From IMG/VR virus record IMGVR_UViG_3300030012_002072, positions 11,570 to 75,569 of that record: a stretch of 64,000 nt of DNA; one strand, written 5' to 3'. The notes beneath the pieces were generated by a model that saw only the letters and a program-made list of their open reading frames with translations, made no database searches and was not told where the DNA came from. Made by a program: the position numbers and the translations under genes. Source of the stretch: a virus. This document shows positions 29,264-38,330 of the stretch, piece by piece (position 1 is the first letter of the stretch; each line of letters starts with the position of its first letter).

Positions 29264-29559
29264 TATAATGGACCAAACATTTTGGTTAGTAGTCCAGTTA
29301 ATAGTATAAAACAAGCGATAGCATTAAGCATAATTAATGCTCTATCCTTCCAAGCAAATGCTACGAATAACCAACCTAAGCACCCAAGAAACGAAAGTAT
29401 TGTATCAAGAGTGTTTGATATGTCGGCTGACCTAACAACCATAGCTGTAAGAAGGACAAGGCTACTAGCCCACTTAACATACCAGTCAACAGTTTGTTTC
29501 GGTGTAGCACTTTTATATATTCTTTTACTGTTTTCAACTTCTTCCTTAGTATATTTCAT
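29263..29559 (-). CDS. small membrane protein (3 TM)
   Basis: DWYVKW, W.DRALIMLN, hydrophobic helices. Confidence 0.65.
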   Translation of the reverse strand: MKYTKEEVENSKRIYKSATPKQTVDWYVKWASSLVLLTAMVVRSADISNTLDTILSFLGCLGWLFVAFAWKDRALIMLNAIACFILLTGLLTKMFGPL

Positions 29560-30226
29560 ATTTTCCTTCCTGTACTTTATACAAAGACTTAGCTGCTACA
29601 TGCTTAGCATACTTCCATTCTAGACACTTTGTACAAACACCGCACGGTCCTTCATCTGTGAAGTCTCCGCTACAAGTCCATACCATTTCTAGTATTCCTG
29701 GATTGTCTTTCATGATTAGACTTACCATTTCTGATTTAGTCATCCACTCAAAAGGAAATAAACTTATTGGAGCAGATAATAAATGTCTAGGATTTAATCC
29801 ATGTAAATCTAAACTTCTACTTCTACCTGCCATCATAGCTCTCAAAGGATATCTCAACTGAAGTCTTTGTCTAAAAGAATCATCAGCATTTGCTCCCCAG
29901 ATGTGCCATTTAAATTTTATATGTCTATTACCTTGTATCAGCATAGCGATAGCTGATTGTCCTTGTAATACAGAATAATTATTAACATCTGTTTCTTGTG
30001 GCAAACTTGATTTATCATCCACTACTAATGGAACTTTAAAATACTTTGCCTGTAATTTTGCAGCTCTTAGTTCTGCATCTGCGAATCTTCCTTTCGCATT
30101 AGGATTATAAAGAGCTAGGCATACTGGTTTATAACCTTTATTTATTGCATACCACAAAGCGGCAAGGCACTCAAACCCTCCACTTAAATTAACTATGCAG
30201 TCTGTGTCTTGTGGGATTTTAACCAT
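29546..30226 (-). CDS. second QueC-like PP-loop protein (divergent)
   Basis: LSGGFEC, PF...TKSEM, WTC, CGVCTKC. Confidence 0.7.
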   Translation of the reverse strand: MVKIPQDTDCIVNLSGGFECLAALWYAINKGYKPVCLALYNPNAKGRFADAELRAAKLQAKYFKVPLVVDDKSSLPQETDVNNYSVLQGQSAIAMLIQGNRHIKFKWHIWGANADDSFRQRLQLRYPLRAMMAGRSRSLDLHGLNPRHLLSAPISLFPFEWMTKSEMVSLIMKDNPGILEMVWTCSGDFTDEGPCGVCTKCLEWKYAKHVAAKSLYKVQEGKYEIY

Positions 30227-30969
30227 TTTAATCTTTCTCTATCTCTTTTATCTAGTCCTCTGTTGCACATACTACAGGTCTTACTATATCGCCTGTTTCC
30301 TTGCAGTAAATTGTCTTGTAATTCCTTAAATGCTTTGCTGTGCCAAACATCTAGGATATTGTCTGTTTCTATGTTGCCATAAATTTCTGAGTTAGTCCAG
30401 TCATTGCAACACTTTTGTATTGTTCCATCCCAATGTACCCATATTTTTACTGATGGAAAGGTACAGGGTGTATCTATTTCGGAAGTATCAGTTGCGATTC
30501 GATTATAAATATCGGCTCGATTACTAACTATGACTTCTGTTTCTCCCCATTCCTCTGGTTTCATATTCTGATTCCAATATCTATGTTTTGCACGAGGCAT
30601 TAACTTTTTTCTTTCTTCCATCATTTCTTCACTATCATAACTATTTATGATTAGATAATCAAACTCATCAAAATAATGTAGTCTTTGTTTTAACTTATAT
30701 CCATTAGTTATTATACGAGTTGTGTACTTTCTATTCGGATGGTGTAGTAATTTTACTAATAAACCAAACTCGGGGTGTAAACTATTTTCTCCCCTGCCTG
30801 TAAAACATACTGTGCCTGTATAATCATCTAAGTCTTGTACAAACTTTCTAAATAGTTCCCAAGACATATACTCTTTTTCATTAGGGTATCCTTGGCTTCT
30901 TGGACAGTAATTACAGGTTTTATTGCAGATGCCACAAACATCTATATTAATGAGGCCTGGCTGTTTCAT
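30193..30969 (-). CDS. radical SAM protein with SPASM/twitch domain
   Basis: CNKTCNYC, ITNG, C..P ... DG....CC.DW, GN, CSMC. Confidence 0.88.
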   Translation of the reverse strand: MKQPGLINIDVCGICNKTCNYCPRSQGYPNEKEYMSWELFRKFVQDLDDYTGTVCFTGRGENSLHPEFGLLVKLLHHPNRKYTTRIITNGYKLKQRLHYFDEFDYLIINSYDSEEMMEERKKLMPRAKHRYWNQNMKPEEWGETEVIVSNRADIYNRIATDTSEIDTPCTFPSVKIWVHWDGTIQKCCNDWTNSEIYGNIETDNILDVWHSKAFKELQDNLLQGNRRYSKTCSMCNRGLDKRDRERLKWLKSHKTQTA

Positions 30970-31477
30970 ACTCCCACCCTGGTGCTTCTTCGTCCATGAC
31001 AAACACCCAGTTCTTTCTACCTGCTGGGTCAATATTTGTTCCTATTTCTCTACAACCTAAATCGAAAAAGACTTGTCTGCCTTTTTCATAGGTTATTTCT
31101 AACATCCTTCGTGGTGTACCTAATTGTTTTATAAGAAAGTCTCCTCCAGTATTAAAATCATGTATGGACATGCCACCTTTGTAGGCATCCTCACATGCTT
31201 GCCGTCTAGCTGCTGGGTATTGATATTCTCTGCCATCGTCTCCTGTAAAAGTTTTATTTAAACACCATGAGATACAGCCAACCATATTTTGTGGCTCTAA
31301 TCCTAATACTGTATCATAGTTCATCATCCAATAACTATTTTTGTCATAGTGTGCTTCTAAGTCTTGATAACATACTTGATTTCTTACTATGAAACCTTGT
31401 ATTCGTAACTGTATAATTCTATACAATTCATTTGTAGTCAACTCGTCATAATGTTTTACTACTGTTAATATTGACAT
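30947..31477 (-). CDS. ElaA-like GNAT acetyltransferase
   Basis: YDELTTNELY.I..LR...F.V....YQDL. Confidence 0.65.
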   Translation of the reverse strand: MSILTVVKHYDELTTNELYRIIQLRIQGFIVRNQVCYQDLEAHYDKNSYWMMNYDTVLGLEPQNMVGCISWCLNKTFTGDDGREYQYPAARRQACEDAYKGGMSIHDFNTGGDFLIKQLGTPRRMLEITYEKGRQVFFDLGCREIGTNIDPAGRKNWVFVMDEEAPGWEYETARPH

Positions 31478-32004
31478 ATTTCTTCTATAATCTCCCAACA
31501 TCTTTCCTCTGGTGTCACAAAGTCTGCTATTGGACACAGAGGACTTTTATTAATATCATAAACTGCCATACCTGGAGTTTCTTCGCCTCGTTTTCGAACT
31601 AGTTTGGTAATAGTAGGTTCTTTAACCCATGCTTTGTGCATATCTCTTGAATCCATAAAGTAGGATTCTCCTTCCTCTATTACTTCAGTTTCAAACTCAT
31701 GTATTCCTATTTCATCTTTTATGACTGGAAAATCTGGACTCTCTCCTTTCTTTAGATAAGAGATACAGTCTATTGTTCTCATGACTTGTTCGCCAATTAC
31801 TATTAGTCCTCTTTTATTATAGAGTTTACCTTTTATAACTGTACTTTCAAAGCTAGTTCTATGATTATGATATTCATTTACTACTACTGGAGTAAGAGTA
31901 GGATGATAAAAATTCCATCTTTCTCTTGGCGATTTGTTTAGCCAAATAAAACCAAGCCCATTCATCTGTGGTTTACGATTCCACTTTTTAAGTGTTTCAA
32001 TCAT
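31465..32004 (-). CDS. hypothetical protein (cupin-like)
   Basis: HNHR..FES..I.G.L, GESY.M....MH. Confidence 0.55.
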   Translation of the reverse strand: MIETLKKWNRKPQMNGLGFIWLNKSPRERWNFYHPTLTPVVVNEYHNHRTSFESTVIKGKLYNKRGLIVIGEQVMRTIDCISYLKKGESPDFPVIKDEIGIHEFETEVIEEGESYFMDSRDMHKAWVKEPTITKLVRKRGEETPGMAVYDINKSPLCPIADFVTPEERCWEIIEEICQY

Positions 32005-32948
32005 ACCCGTTTGACTATTCTTGGAATTATCTCTCCACTTCGTATAACTTCTACCATGCACCCGATTTCTAATCCAAGTGCCTCTATATAACCCATATTA
32101 TGTAGTGTAGCTCTACTAACTGTAGCTTCTCCTATAACGCAAGGTTCTAAGATAGCAACTGGAGAAACTGCACCAGACTTGCCGACATTCCATTCAACAT
32201 CTAACAATTTAGTAACAACTCCTGCCTGTCTTGTTTTTATAGCAAATGCGCCACGAGGATGGTGTGATGTGTAGCCTAACGATTCAAATATACTGTTAGA
32301 GTCGACTCTTACAACTTTACCATCATTTGGGAACATGGAGTAATCACTTAGTGTGATTGACTCAATGCCGCTGTCAGATACAAGTTTCATATCTTCTACC
32401 CAACTATCAGTTGGACACGGCTGTACACCGTAAGCTATAAAATCCAGCTCACGATTTTTAAACTCATCTACATCTTTTAGGTTAAGTGCGCCAGAAGCAT
32501 AATTTCTGGCATTTGGAATAGACTTGGGAGCTACAACCTCTCCTGTGATTTGGACTAGTCCTTCAATACGAATGTATCTAGGCACAAGAAAGCGCATCTT
32601 ATCTGTGATGTCTAGTCCTTGTTTACCATCGCCTCTAGTAAGTGCTTGATGTAACTCTCCGTCTATATAAGTTAAAGAAACTGCAGCACCATCTAATTTA
32701 GTTGTCATTATATGTGCGTGTTTAGTAGTCCACTCGGGCTCTTTGTCCTCGCCCACAAATACTTTCTGCAAAGAATACATTTGATACGGATGTTTGTATC
32801 TTTGCTCGCCAACTTCAATATGCCCAACTTCATTTTCCAACTCAGTATTTTCTACAAGTCGGTCATATACTTCGTCAGGGATTAATGGGTTGCCTTCGGC
32901 ATATGCTTGATTGCATAGGCGAAGATATGCTTCTAGTTCTTTATTCAT
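32001..32948 (-). CDS. ligA: NAD-dependent DNA ligase subunit A (adenylation + OB)
   Basis: MYSLQK, KLDG, TRGDG, GEVV, RNYASG, ATLHN, RSGEIIP. Confidence 0.95.
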   Translation of the reverse strand: MNKELEAYLRLCNQAYAEGNPLIPDEVYDRLVENTELENEVGHIEVGEQRYKHPYQMYSLQKVFVGEDKEPEWTTKHAHIMTTKLDGAAVSLTYIDGELHQALTRGDGKQGLDITDKMRFLVPRYIRIEGLVQITGEVVAPKSIPNARNYASGALNLKDVDEFKNRELDFIAYGVQPCPTDSWVEDMKLVSDSGIESITLSDYSMFPNDGKVVRVDSNSIFESLGYTSHHPRGAFAIKTRQAGVVTKLLDVEWNVGKSGAVSPVAILEPCVIGEATVSRATLHNMGYIEALGLEIGCMVEVIRSGEIIPRIVKRV

Positions 32949-32954
32949 ACATAT

Positions 32955-32994
32955 ATTATATACGATTTTAAACTTGTTGTCAAGAATTATTTTT
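32955..32994 (-). promoter_or_regulatory. sigma70-type promoter; leaderless start of ligA
   Basis: TTGACA (32978-32983), 17 nt, TATAAT (32955-32960); ATG 6 nt downstream. Confidence 0.85.
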
Positions 32995-33292
32995 GATAGA
33001 TGTTGTCGAGGGTCTCTTTGAAATAAGTTGACAGAACATCTTTTACTTCTGATATAGACAAGATTTCTACTAAAGAATCGAATAGTGCACGAGTATTCTC
33101 AAAGTCCATGCGAATAGCTATACCATCTCTCGTTGGTTTCCATTCTTCGTCAAAGTCTTGATAATATTTTCTTATGTGTAGATACTCCTCTCCTCGAAAA
33201 GTATTTATCATAACAAATATTTTCTCGTGCTTGTCTTCGTTATAGTTTATTTCTTTTTCGTAAACTGGTGGTGCGCTATGTAATTCTATCAT
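32987..33292 (-). CDS. PC4/p15-like ssDNA-binding protein
   Basis: INTFRGEEYLHIRKYY ... WKPT..GI. Confidence 0.8.
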   Translation of the reverse strand: MIELHSAPPVYEKEINYNEDKHEKIFVMINTFRGEEYLHIRKYYQDFDEEWKPTRDGIAIRMDFENTRALFDSLVEILSISEVKDVLSTYFKETLDNIYQK

Positions 33293-33548
33293 TCTTCAGT
33301 ATCTTTGCTAAAGGCACGATAGAAGTTACATTGCTTGGTTGTAGTAATCTAAAAGAATCAGTATCCCAACAAAATAATAGTACTTGACTATTATTTGGTC
33401 TTGCTCTATTCTTTTTAGACTGTATATACTTATTATCAAAATCCATAGTGCAAACATTATATTTCAGTCTGCGACTATTTTGACTTCGATAGGTGATTAT
33501 TGCATCACCTGCATCGTTTACTATTTTAGTAAAGTCGTCTTTCTTCAT
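33276..33548 (-). CDS. conserved T5-like hypothetical protein
   Basis: YNVCTMDF..KYI, FCWDTD; synteny after D3. Confidence 0.7.
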   Translation of the reverse strand: MKKDDFTKIVNDAGDAIITYRSQNSRRLKYNVCTMDFDNKYIQSKKNRARPNNSQVLLFCWDTDSFRLLQPSNVTSIVPLAKILKNDRIT

Positions 33549-33626
33549 CCGTATCCTTGTGGGTGGTTAATATCTATTAGCGTCCCATCAATGGTTAGGT
33601 TGTTGAAAGCTCCTTTTTAAAGATGC

Positions 33627-33659
33627 AAAAATAGTGGAGAGCAGTTTCCCACTCCCCAC
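33627..33659 (-). terminator. intrinsic terminator after D3
   Basis: GTGGGGAGTGG-GAAA-CTGCTCTCCAC-TATTTTT. Confidence 0.75.
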
Positions 33660-33671
33660 ACTCAGGGGTAG

Positions 33672-34118
33672 TTAATCGTTTAACTTATTTAATAATTCTG
33701 CGAAATACATGGCGGCTTTCCCTGTGAGCCTACCAATAATAGCGCTGTCTGGTTCTTGTCCCATATCGCTAATCGCATTAGTCAAGGTTTCTTGAGCTGC
33801 GGCAACATTAACTCTGCCACCACCTGTCGAACCTCCACTAGATTTAACAGCAGGTGTTTTTCTGACATATACACCAGCTTTTGTCAATATCATGCGAACT
33901 CCGTTTGGGCTCTCGCCTAACTCTTCTGCAATCTGTTTGACTATCTCCATACTATTTTCTGGAGTGGGTTCTTCTGCAGTATACATCTCTACTGCTTGAG
34001 CCTTTGCTTCATCAGTCCAAGGCATTTTTCTTCTCCTTTTATTTTGTTTGTAAGACTCAGGTAGACCTGGTGCCCAACCTGTAGCCTCACGCATTTGCAT
34101 ATAAAATCTGTCACTCAT
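33672..34118 (-). CDS. D3: T5 D3-like DNA-binding protein (alternative in-frame start at 34025)
   Basis: WTDE, SPNGVRMILTKAGVY, LTGKAA. Confidence 0.85.
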   Translation of the reverse strand: MSDRFYMQMREATGWAPGLPESYKQNKRRRKMPWTDEAKAQAVEMYTAEEPTPENSMEIVKQIAEELGESPNGVRMILTKAGVYVRKTPAVKSSGGSTGGGRVNVAAAQETLTNAISDMGQEPDSAIIGRLTGKAAMYFAELLNKLND

Positions 34119-34144
34119 AGACTTCTTTCCATTAATATAAATAT

Positions 34145-34185
34145 ATTATACAAGATGTTTAAGCATGAGTCAAGAACTATTTTTT
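34145..34185 (-). promoter_or_regulatory. sigma70-type promoter of D3
   Basis: TTGACT (34168-34173), 17 nt, TATAAT (34145-34150). Confidence 0.82.
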
Positions 34186-34540
34186 AGAAGCTATAACCAT
34201 AGGTCATTATATCATCTTTAAATAGTACGGCAACATAAGTTTTACTCTTAATAGTATACCACCTTCTCCAATCTTCTATTATCTTAACATCATCTAAAAT
34301 TGATGTATCTTTTGGATGTAGTTTAAACTCTTTTAGTTCTTGTTGCCAATCATTAAAATTTACAATGTAGTCGCAATCTTTATAAAGCTCTACTTGTGAT
34401 TTAGGAGCATGGTCTGTTAGCCACTTATCGAAACCTATATAATTAAAAGAGTAGAAGTATTCTGTCACTACTCTTTCGTATGGATTTCTTATCACTCCTA
34501 TACTTTTATTATCGCAGGTTAGTAATAAAGCGTGATTCAC
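34184..34540 (-). CDS. short sulfotransferase-like protein lacking the 5'-PSB loop
   Basis: IRNPYERVV.EY and C-terminal D....GY.F; GTG start. Confidence 0.55.
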   Translation of the reverse strand: MNHALLLTCDNKSIGVIRNPYERVVTEYFYSFNYIGFDKWLTDHAPKSQVELYKDCDYIVNFNDWQQELKEFKLHPKDTSILDDVKIIEDWRRWYTIKSKTYVAVLFKDDIMTYGYSF

Positions 34541-34679
34541 TTTTTAACTCCCTTGCCAATTCTTTTGCATTGTCTACACGATATGGCAATGTATTTGAGT
34601 TGAATCTATCTATTCTTTCAACAGCGTCTATTAACGCTATAAGTTTTTTAGTACACTCCTGTATTTGATGCTCACTCAT
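34509..34679 (-). CDS. 56-aa hypothetical protein MSEHQIQECTKK... (not in ORF track)
   Basis: Translated by hand; ATGA overlap and GAGGA RBS. Confidence 0.55.
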   Translation of the reverse strand: MSEHQIQECTKKLIALIDAVERIDRFNSNTLPYRVDNAKELARELKSESRFITNLR

Positions 34680-34879
34680 ATTAATTCCTCTAGTGCTTCT
34701 AGTTTATCTTTAGCCTCAGCTAGTACAGCTACCCATTTATCAAACTCTGGTAGTAATTCTGAATGTTCTCCAATACCAACAGAGTTCTTGAAGTATGTGC
34801 CTAGCACTGCTTCTGCTTCTGCAATTTCAGCTAGGTATTTAAGTTTTAGTGCTTCAAAATAAGCATTTCCTCTATACAT
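34676..34879 (-). CDS. hypothetical protein
   Basis: VGIGEH motif; GGAG RBS. Confidence 0.65.
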   Translation of the reverse strand: MYRGNAYFEALKLKYLAEIAEAEAVLGTYFKNSVGIGEHSELLPEFDKWVAVLAEAKDKLEALEELI

Positions 34880-35150
34880 CTTTTTCTCCCATTAGTGAGG
34901 GTATAAACCCACTCATAAATCTTTCCTTCCTCTTGTCATCAAGAAGAACTGTTATTAAAAATGGTAATAAAAATAAAGTAAAGAACACCCAAATTACTGA
35001 GCATAACCAACTCCATTTTACTACTATATTTTCAGGTTGTAGTTTTTTCACTATTTGTATTGAAGGTATATAGACTTGAAAAAATAACAAGACTACACCT
35101 GCTAACCAAAAAGCAAAAATAACATTATATATTGAATACGTCCACTCCAT
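34872..35150 (-). CDS. hypothetical membrane protein
   Basis: Two TM segments; follows D2. Confidence 0.6.
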   Translation of the reverse strand: MEWTYSIYNVIFAFWLAGVVLLFFQVYIPSIQIVKKLQPENIVVKWSWLCSVIWVFFTLFLLPFLITVLLDDKRKERFMSGFIPSLMGEKDV

Positions 35151-35844
35151 ATTTTTCTAAGTGTCTTAAGCTTCCTAAGTCATAAGCTAGTGCTGTGCTG
35201 TACTTCCCTGCAAATCGTAAGTTTGGAAAAAAGGTATTACTTAAGTCTGTGCTCTCGATTGTATATATTAGATACATCTTTGCTCCATACTTTTCTTCAT
35301 AGTTAACTGCCTTTTTAGGGTCGCCTTGACAAGCATACCCTGCATTTTCAACTTGATGTTGAACAGTTATCTCTCTTTTTATTATTGCTGGGTAATTCTG
35401 TCGTATCGCCCAAACTATTTCGCCTTCTTCAAAACTATCAGATACGCACTGCTCTGGAAGCATTGCATTTCTTATTCCTTCATAGTCGCTTTCTGGGAGT
35501 TTCATTGGAACTCCGATTCTTTCGATAATTGACTTAACAAAAGCAGGAGAACGATATATTCTCTGTGCTATGTTAGACACATTATCCCCTTGTAAATATC
35601 CCTGCACTACAAACTTTATGTCTGATTCTGATGCAGGAGTACCTCTGAGTTTGGCTTTCATCCTAGCAGTTCTTTCTATATCTTGTTTATGTTCTGCTAT
35701 AATATTTCCAAGTCTTGTAGTATTATAAGTTATATTTAATATACCACAAGCCTCTTTCTTTGTTATCGGCTTATCTGCCTCTAGCAACTCAATAACTTTT
35801 GTTATGTTTTGCTTAGTCAGATTTTCATGTTTTTTGATTCTCAT
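35125..35844 (-). CDS. D2: T5 D2-like protein
   Basis: TKKEACGILNI.YNTTRL, YRS..FVK. Confidence 0.82.
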   Translation of the reverse strand: MRIKKHENLTKQNITKVIELLEADKPITKKEACGILNITYNTTRLGNIIAEHKQDIERTARMKAKLRGTPASESDIKFVVQGYLQGDNVSNIAQRIYRSPAFVKSIIERIGVPMKLPESDYEGIRNAMLPEQCVSDSFEEGEIVWAIRQNYPAIIKREITVQHQVENAGYACQGDPKKAVNYEEKYGAKMYLIYTIESTDLSNTFFPNLRFAGKYSTALAYDLGSLRHLEKYGVDVFNI

Positions 35845-36103
35845 TTTCTACCCCTAGTAAAATAATTGCGTAATGTATTATCTTTAACAAATCGTCTTGG
35901 CTCTTTCCATTCTTCTTGCCATATCTTTGGGCATACTTTATGATATTTCCTAAGCAAAACCCTTCTCCATGACCTGCATCAAATATGAACTCAGTCGATT
36001 GTATTTTATTCATGCTGTAATGAGCATGATATGTTTGTATTATATGATTTTGTACTTGTTGTAATGTTTCAAGTTCATTAAATTTATATTTATTATCACT
36101 CAT
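35825..36103 (-). CDS. DUF3310-like protein
   Basis: HY, GFCLGNIIKYAQRYGKK, DLLKIIHY. Confidence 0.75.
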   Translation of the reverse strand: MSDNKYKFNELETLQQVQNHIIQTYHAHYSMNKIQSTEFIFDAGHGEGFCLGNIIKYAQRYGKKNGKSQDDLLKIIHYAIILLGVENENQKT

Positions 36104-36735
36104 TAACTTTTCTCAGTCGTAAAAAAGCAGACTTGCACTAGTCTGCCTGATTTCTTATCATGCCCCCAACCTGCATTGAAAGGTGCATGCCAATATTTTG
36201 CTGGATACATAACCAATCGGTTATACACATTACCAACATAAGTGTGTAATTCAAACTCCTTTGAATTATCAGACTCCCAGAATCCTCTGAAAGATTCCAT
36301 ACTTATTTTTAAATCTTCTGTTTTTTCAACACTTTGTGTTTTAGTATCTCTAAACAACCCTGTTCCATGAGTTACAGGGGCATTAGGAGTAAGATATATT
36401 ACACTAGCCCATGCTTCTCCATCAATTTCATCAGTTACTTTTTCGATGTAATTAGAGAAGTCATGATGTACCCAATTAGTATAGTTTTTTGTCTCCAAAC
36501 CAAGCGTGAACGCAGTATTGCTATTCTTCTTGGGAAACCAAACAGCTTGTCTGTTTAGTATGTGTTGTAATCTATTCTTTAAATAAACGAAGTTCTCATT
36601 AGAAAAAGAACTTATAGTTCTTTGACCTGGGAACATAATCTTTTTACCTTTCCGTCCTGGATAGAAAAACTCTTCAAGAGCTTTCTCCCTTATCTCCTCG
36701 GGATTAGGATAAAAGTCGTCCTGAATTACAATCAT
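36103..36735 (-). CDS. 2OG-Fe(II) oxygenase (DUF6445-like)
   Basis: DDFYPNP, PGQRT, WVHHD, YLTP, YNRL, WH, RLVQVCFF. Confidence 0.78.
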   Translation of the reverse strand: MIVIQDDFYPNPEEIREKALEEFFYPGRKGKKIMFPGQRTISSFSNENFVYLKNRLQHILNRQAVWFPKKNSNTAFTLGLETKNYTNWVHHDFSNYIEKVTDEIDGEAWASVIYLTPNAPVTHGTGLFRDTKTQSVEKTEDLKISMESFRGFWESDNSKEFELHTYVGNVYNRLVMYPAKYWHAPFNAGWGHDKKSGRLVQVCFFTTEKS

Positions 36736-36947
36736 TTCTGTAATTCATCAAGTACATCTAATCCGCCCTCAATCTTTGCGAGGTATTCTCTTTTGTCTGC
36801 TAGTTGTTTCTCTAGCAATCCCACTTCAGCACTTGTTTTCTCGTGCTGAATTTTTAAATTATTACGAAGCATATCACTGTGAGACATAGTCTCAACTGGT
36901 TCTTTTGTTATTCCTAATAATTTATCAAGAGGTATGTCGTTTGCCAT
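36732..36947 (-). CDS. hypothetical coiled-coil protein
   Basis: GGAG RBS, operon packing. Confidence 0.6.
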   Translation of the reverse strand: MANDIPLDKLLGITKEPVETMSHSDMLRNNLKIQHEKTSAEVGLLEKQLADKREYLAKIEGGLDVLDELQK

Positions 36948-37119
36948 GTTTTCTTACTCCTGTGCCTAAATGTGTTTCTGTTCCATTAGACTTTCTTAAT
37001 ATTAATTGTCTACGATGGTTTAGAAATTCCATTCTTGATTTTAAATAATTTTCTAGTTCTGTGCTTTGTAAATTACTTGGCACAAAAAATGTATACTTCC
37101 CTGATTCTACTTTTTTCAT
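36925..37119 (-). CDS. hypothetical protein
   Basis: ATGA overlap with upstream gene. Confidence 0.5.
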   Translation of the reverse strand: MKKVESGKYTFFVPSNLQSTELENYLKSRMEFLNHRRQLILRKSNGTETHLGTGVRKHGKRHTS

Positions 37120-37715
37120 TTTGCTGTTATTCTTTTGTCATACCATGCGAGACCTTCATCCCACCAATCGGGAGTGTCTCGGTGTGACCACTTGGCAAAT
37201 GTTGCTTTGTCAGTATGGTAGTATAAACGATAACTACCGACTACATCATCTTCGTCTTTCAACTCATCTGGCATAGCCATACCAAAGGGTGTTTGCCCCT
37301 TACGAGGCATATTCTTTGGCTCAGGTAATTTATTTATCACTTCCATAACTGACTTGTGCAACTTACCATAACGATAATAATACTCATCATTGAGTGCGTT
37401 TGCATAGCAATGCACCCATTCAAAGTTGTCGAGGCTAGACCTTGTCCATATCGTGCAAGGATGATTATACATCATTGGTAAATATGGAGTTATTGGTCTC
37501 TCCTCTAGTGGCAAATGTTTAATCTTTGCCTTTTCTTCATTCAGAATTTTACTTTCTTCTTTGTTCAATGCACGAGGCACAAAACCAAGAACTTCATCTA
37601 CCCACACCGCTGTGCACAATAGCTGTGCTGCCTCGAGAGGCATCTTAACTATATGCTTATCTACATGGTACTGTGCAGATTTATCAAAGTCTTCATCTAA
37701 ATAAAATAAATTCAT
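37116..37715 (-). CDS. pyrimidine-dimer DNA glycosylase-like protein
   Basis: MNLFYLD, DKHIVKM.LE.AQLL, NHPCTIW, AMPD, YR.YY. Confidence 0.75.
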   Translation of the reverse strand: MNLFYLDEDFDKSAQYHVDKHIVKMPLEAAQLLCTAVWVDEVLGFVPRALNKEESKILNEEKAKIKHLPLEERPITPYLPMMYNHPCTIWTRSSLDNFEWVHCYANALNDEYYYRYGKLHKSVMEVINKLPEPKNMPRKGQTPFGMAMPDELKDEDDVVGSYRLYYHTDKATFAKWSHRDTPDWWDEGLAWYDKRITAK

Positions 37716-37915
37716 GATATCCAACACTTGTATTTGGGACATTCTCCAGTTCGTTCATCGACTGGTGTGCAACAAAAATCACACTCTCCCATATACCATT
37801 TTTCAAATTCTCTTGTATCTGAGTTCCACATCTGGAAAGAACGAACCGATTCTTTTGGTAAGTCTTCGACCCAGTAGTTGCCAACTCGTTTTAGTTTTGT
37901 ATTGTCATTTTTCAT
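37712..37915 (-). CDS. hypothetical Cys-rich protein, leaderless
   Basis: ATG 6 nt after the -10 hexamer; CDFCC...CP.YKC. Confidence 0.6.
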   Translation of the reverse strand: MKNDNTKLKRVGNYWVEDLPKESVRSFQMWNSDTREFEKWYMGECDFCCTPVDERTGECPKYKCWIS

Positions 37916-37921
37916 AATAAT

Positions 37922-37960
37922 ATTATACTAAATTTTTTACTTATTGTCAAGAACTATTTT
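37922..37960 (-). promoter_or_regulatory. sigma70-type promoter
   Basis: TTGACA (37945-37950), 17 nt, TATAAT (37922-37927). Confidence 0.85.
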
Positions 37961-38322
37961 CCAAATGCTCTTCCTGCTTCACTGATACCAAATGCTCCTA
38001 ATGTGACCACTACTAATGAGGTATAGATTGTATCTGAAAATAACAAATCTTGTCCCATAAATGCAGTAATCAAGTCGCAAATGGCAAAAATCATCATAAA
38101 GCCGAAAGAGATAAAACCTATAATGGCTTTCTCGTTTACATCATTGTCATCTAAGAATAAATCAATAAACTTTCTTTTAGGAGGTGCAAGTCTTTTCTTA
38201 GCTTCTGCAGCTTCGAGTTGCATTTCCTTAATAGTATCTTCTGCATTATCGAGTTTTTCGATAAGCGACATATACTTATCTAAGTCTATCTCTACTTCAT
38301 TCCTGTCATTATCCTTTCCCAT
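37954..38322 (-). CDS. membrane protein (coiled coil + 2 TM), possible holin-like
   Basis: NEKAIIGFISF, two hydrophobic helices. Confidence 0.55.
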   Translation of the reverse strand: MGKDNDRNEVEIDLDKYMSLIEKLDNAEDTIKEMQLEAAEAKKRLAPPKRKFIDLFLDDNDVNEKAIIGFISFGFMMIFAICDLITAFMGQDLLFSDTIYTSLVVVTLGAFGISEAGRAFGK

Positions 38323-38330
38323 AGTATCTC

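Noticed and set aside
33549-33625. Leader peptide between D3 and the 33276 gene
   Set aside because: An AAGGAG and a short open frame exist, but there is no standard start codon at a suitable distance
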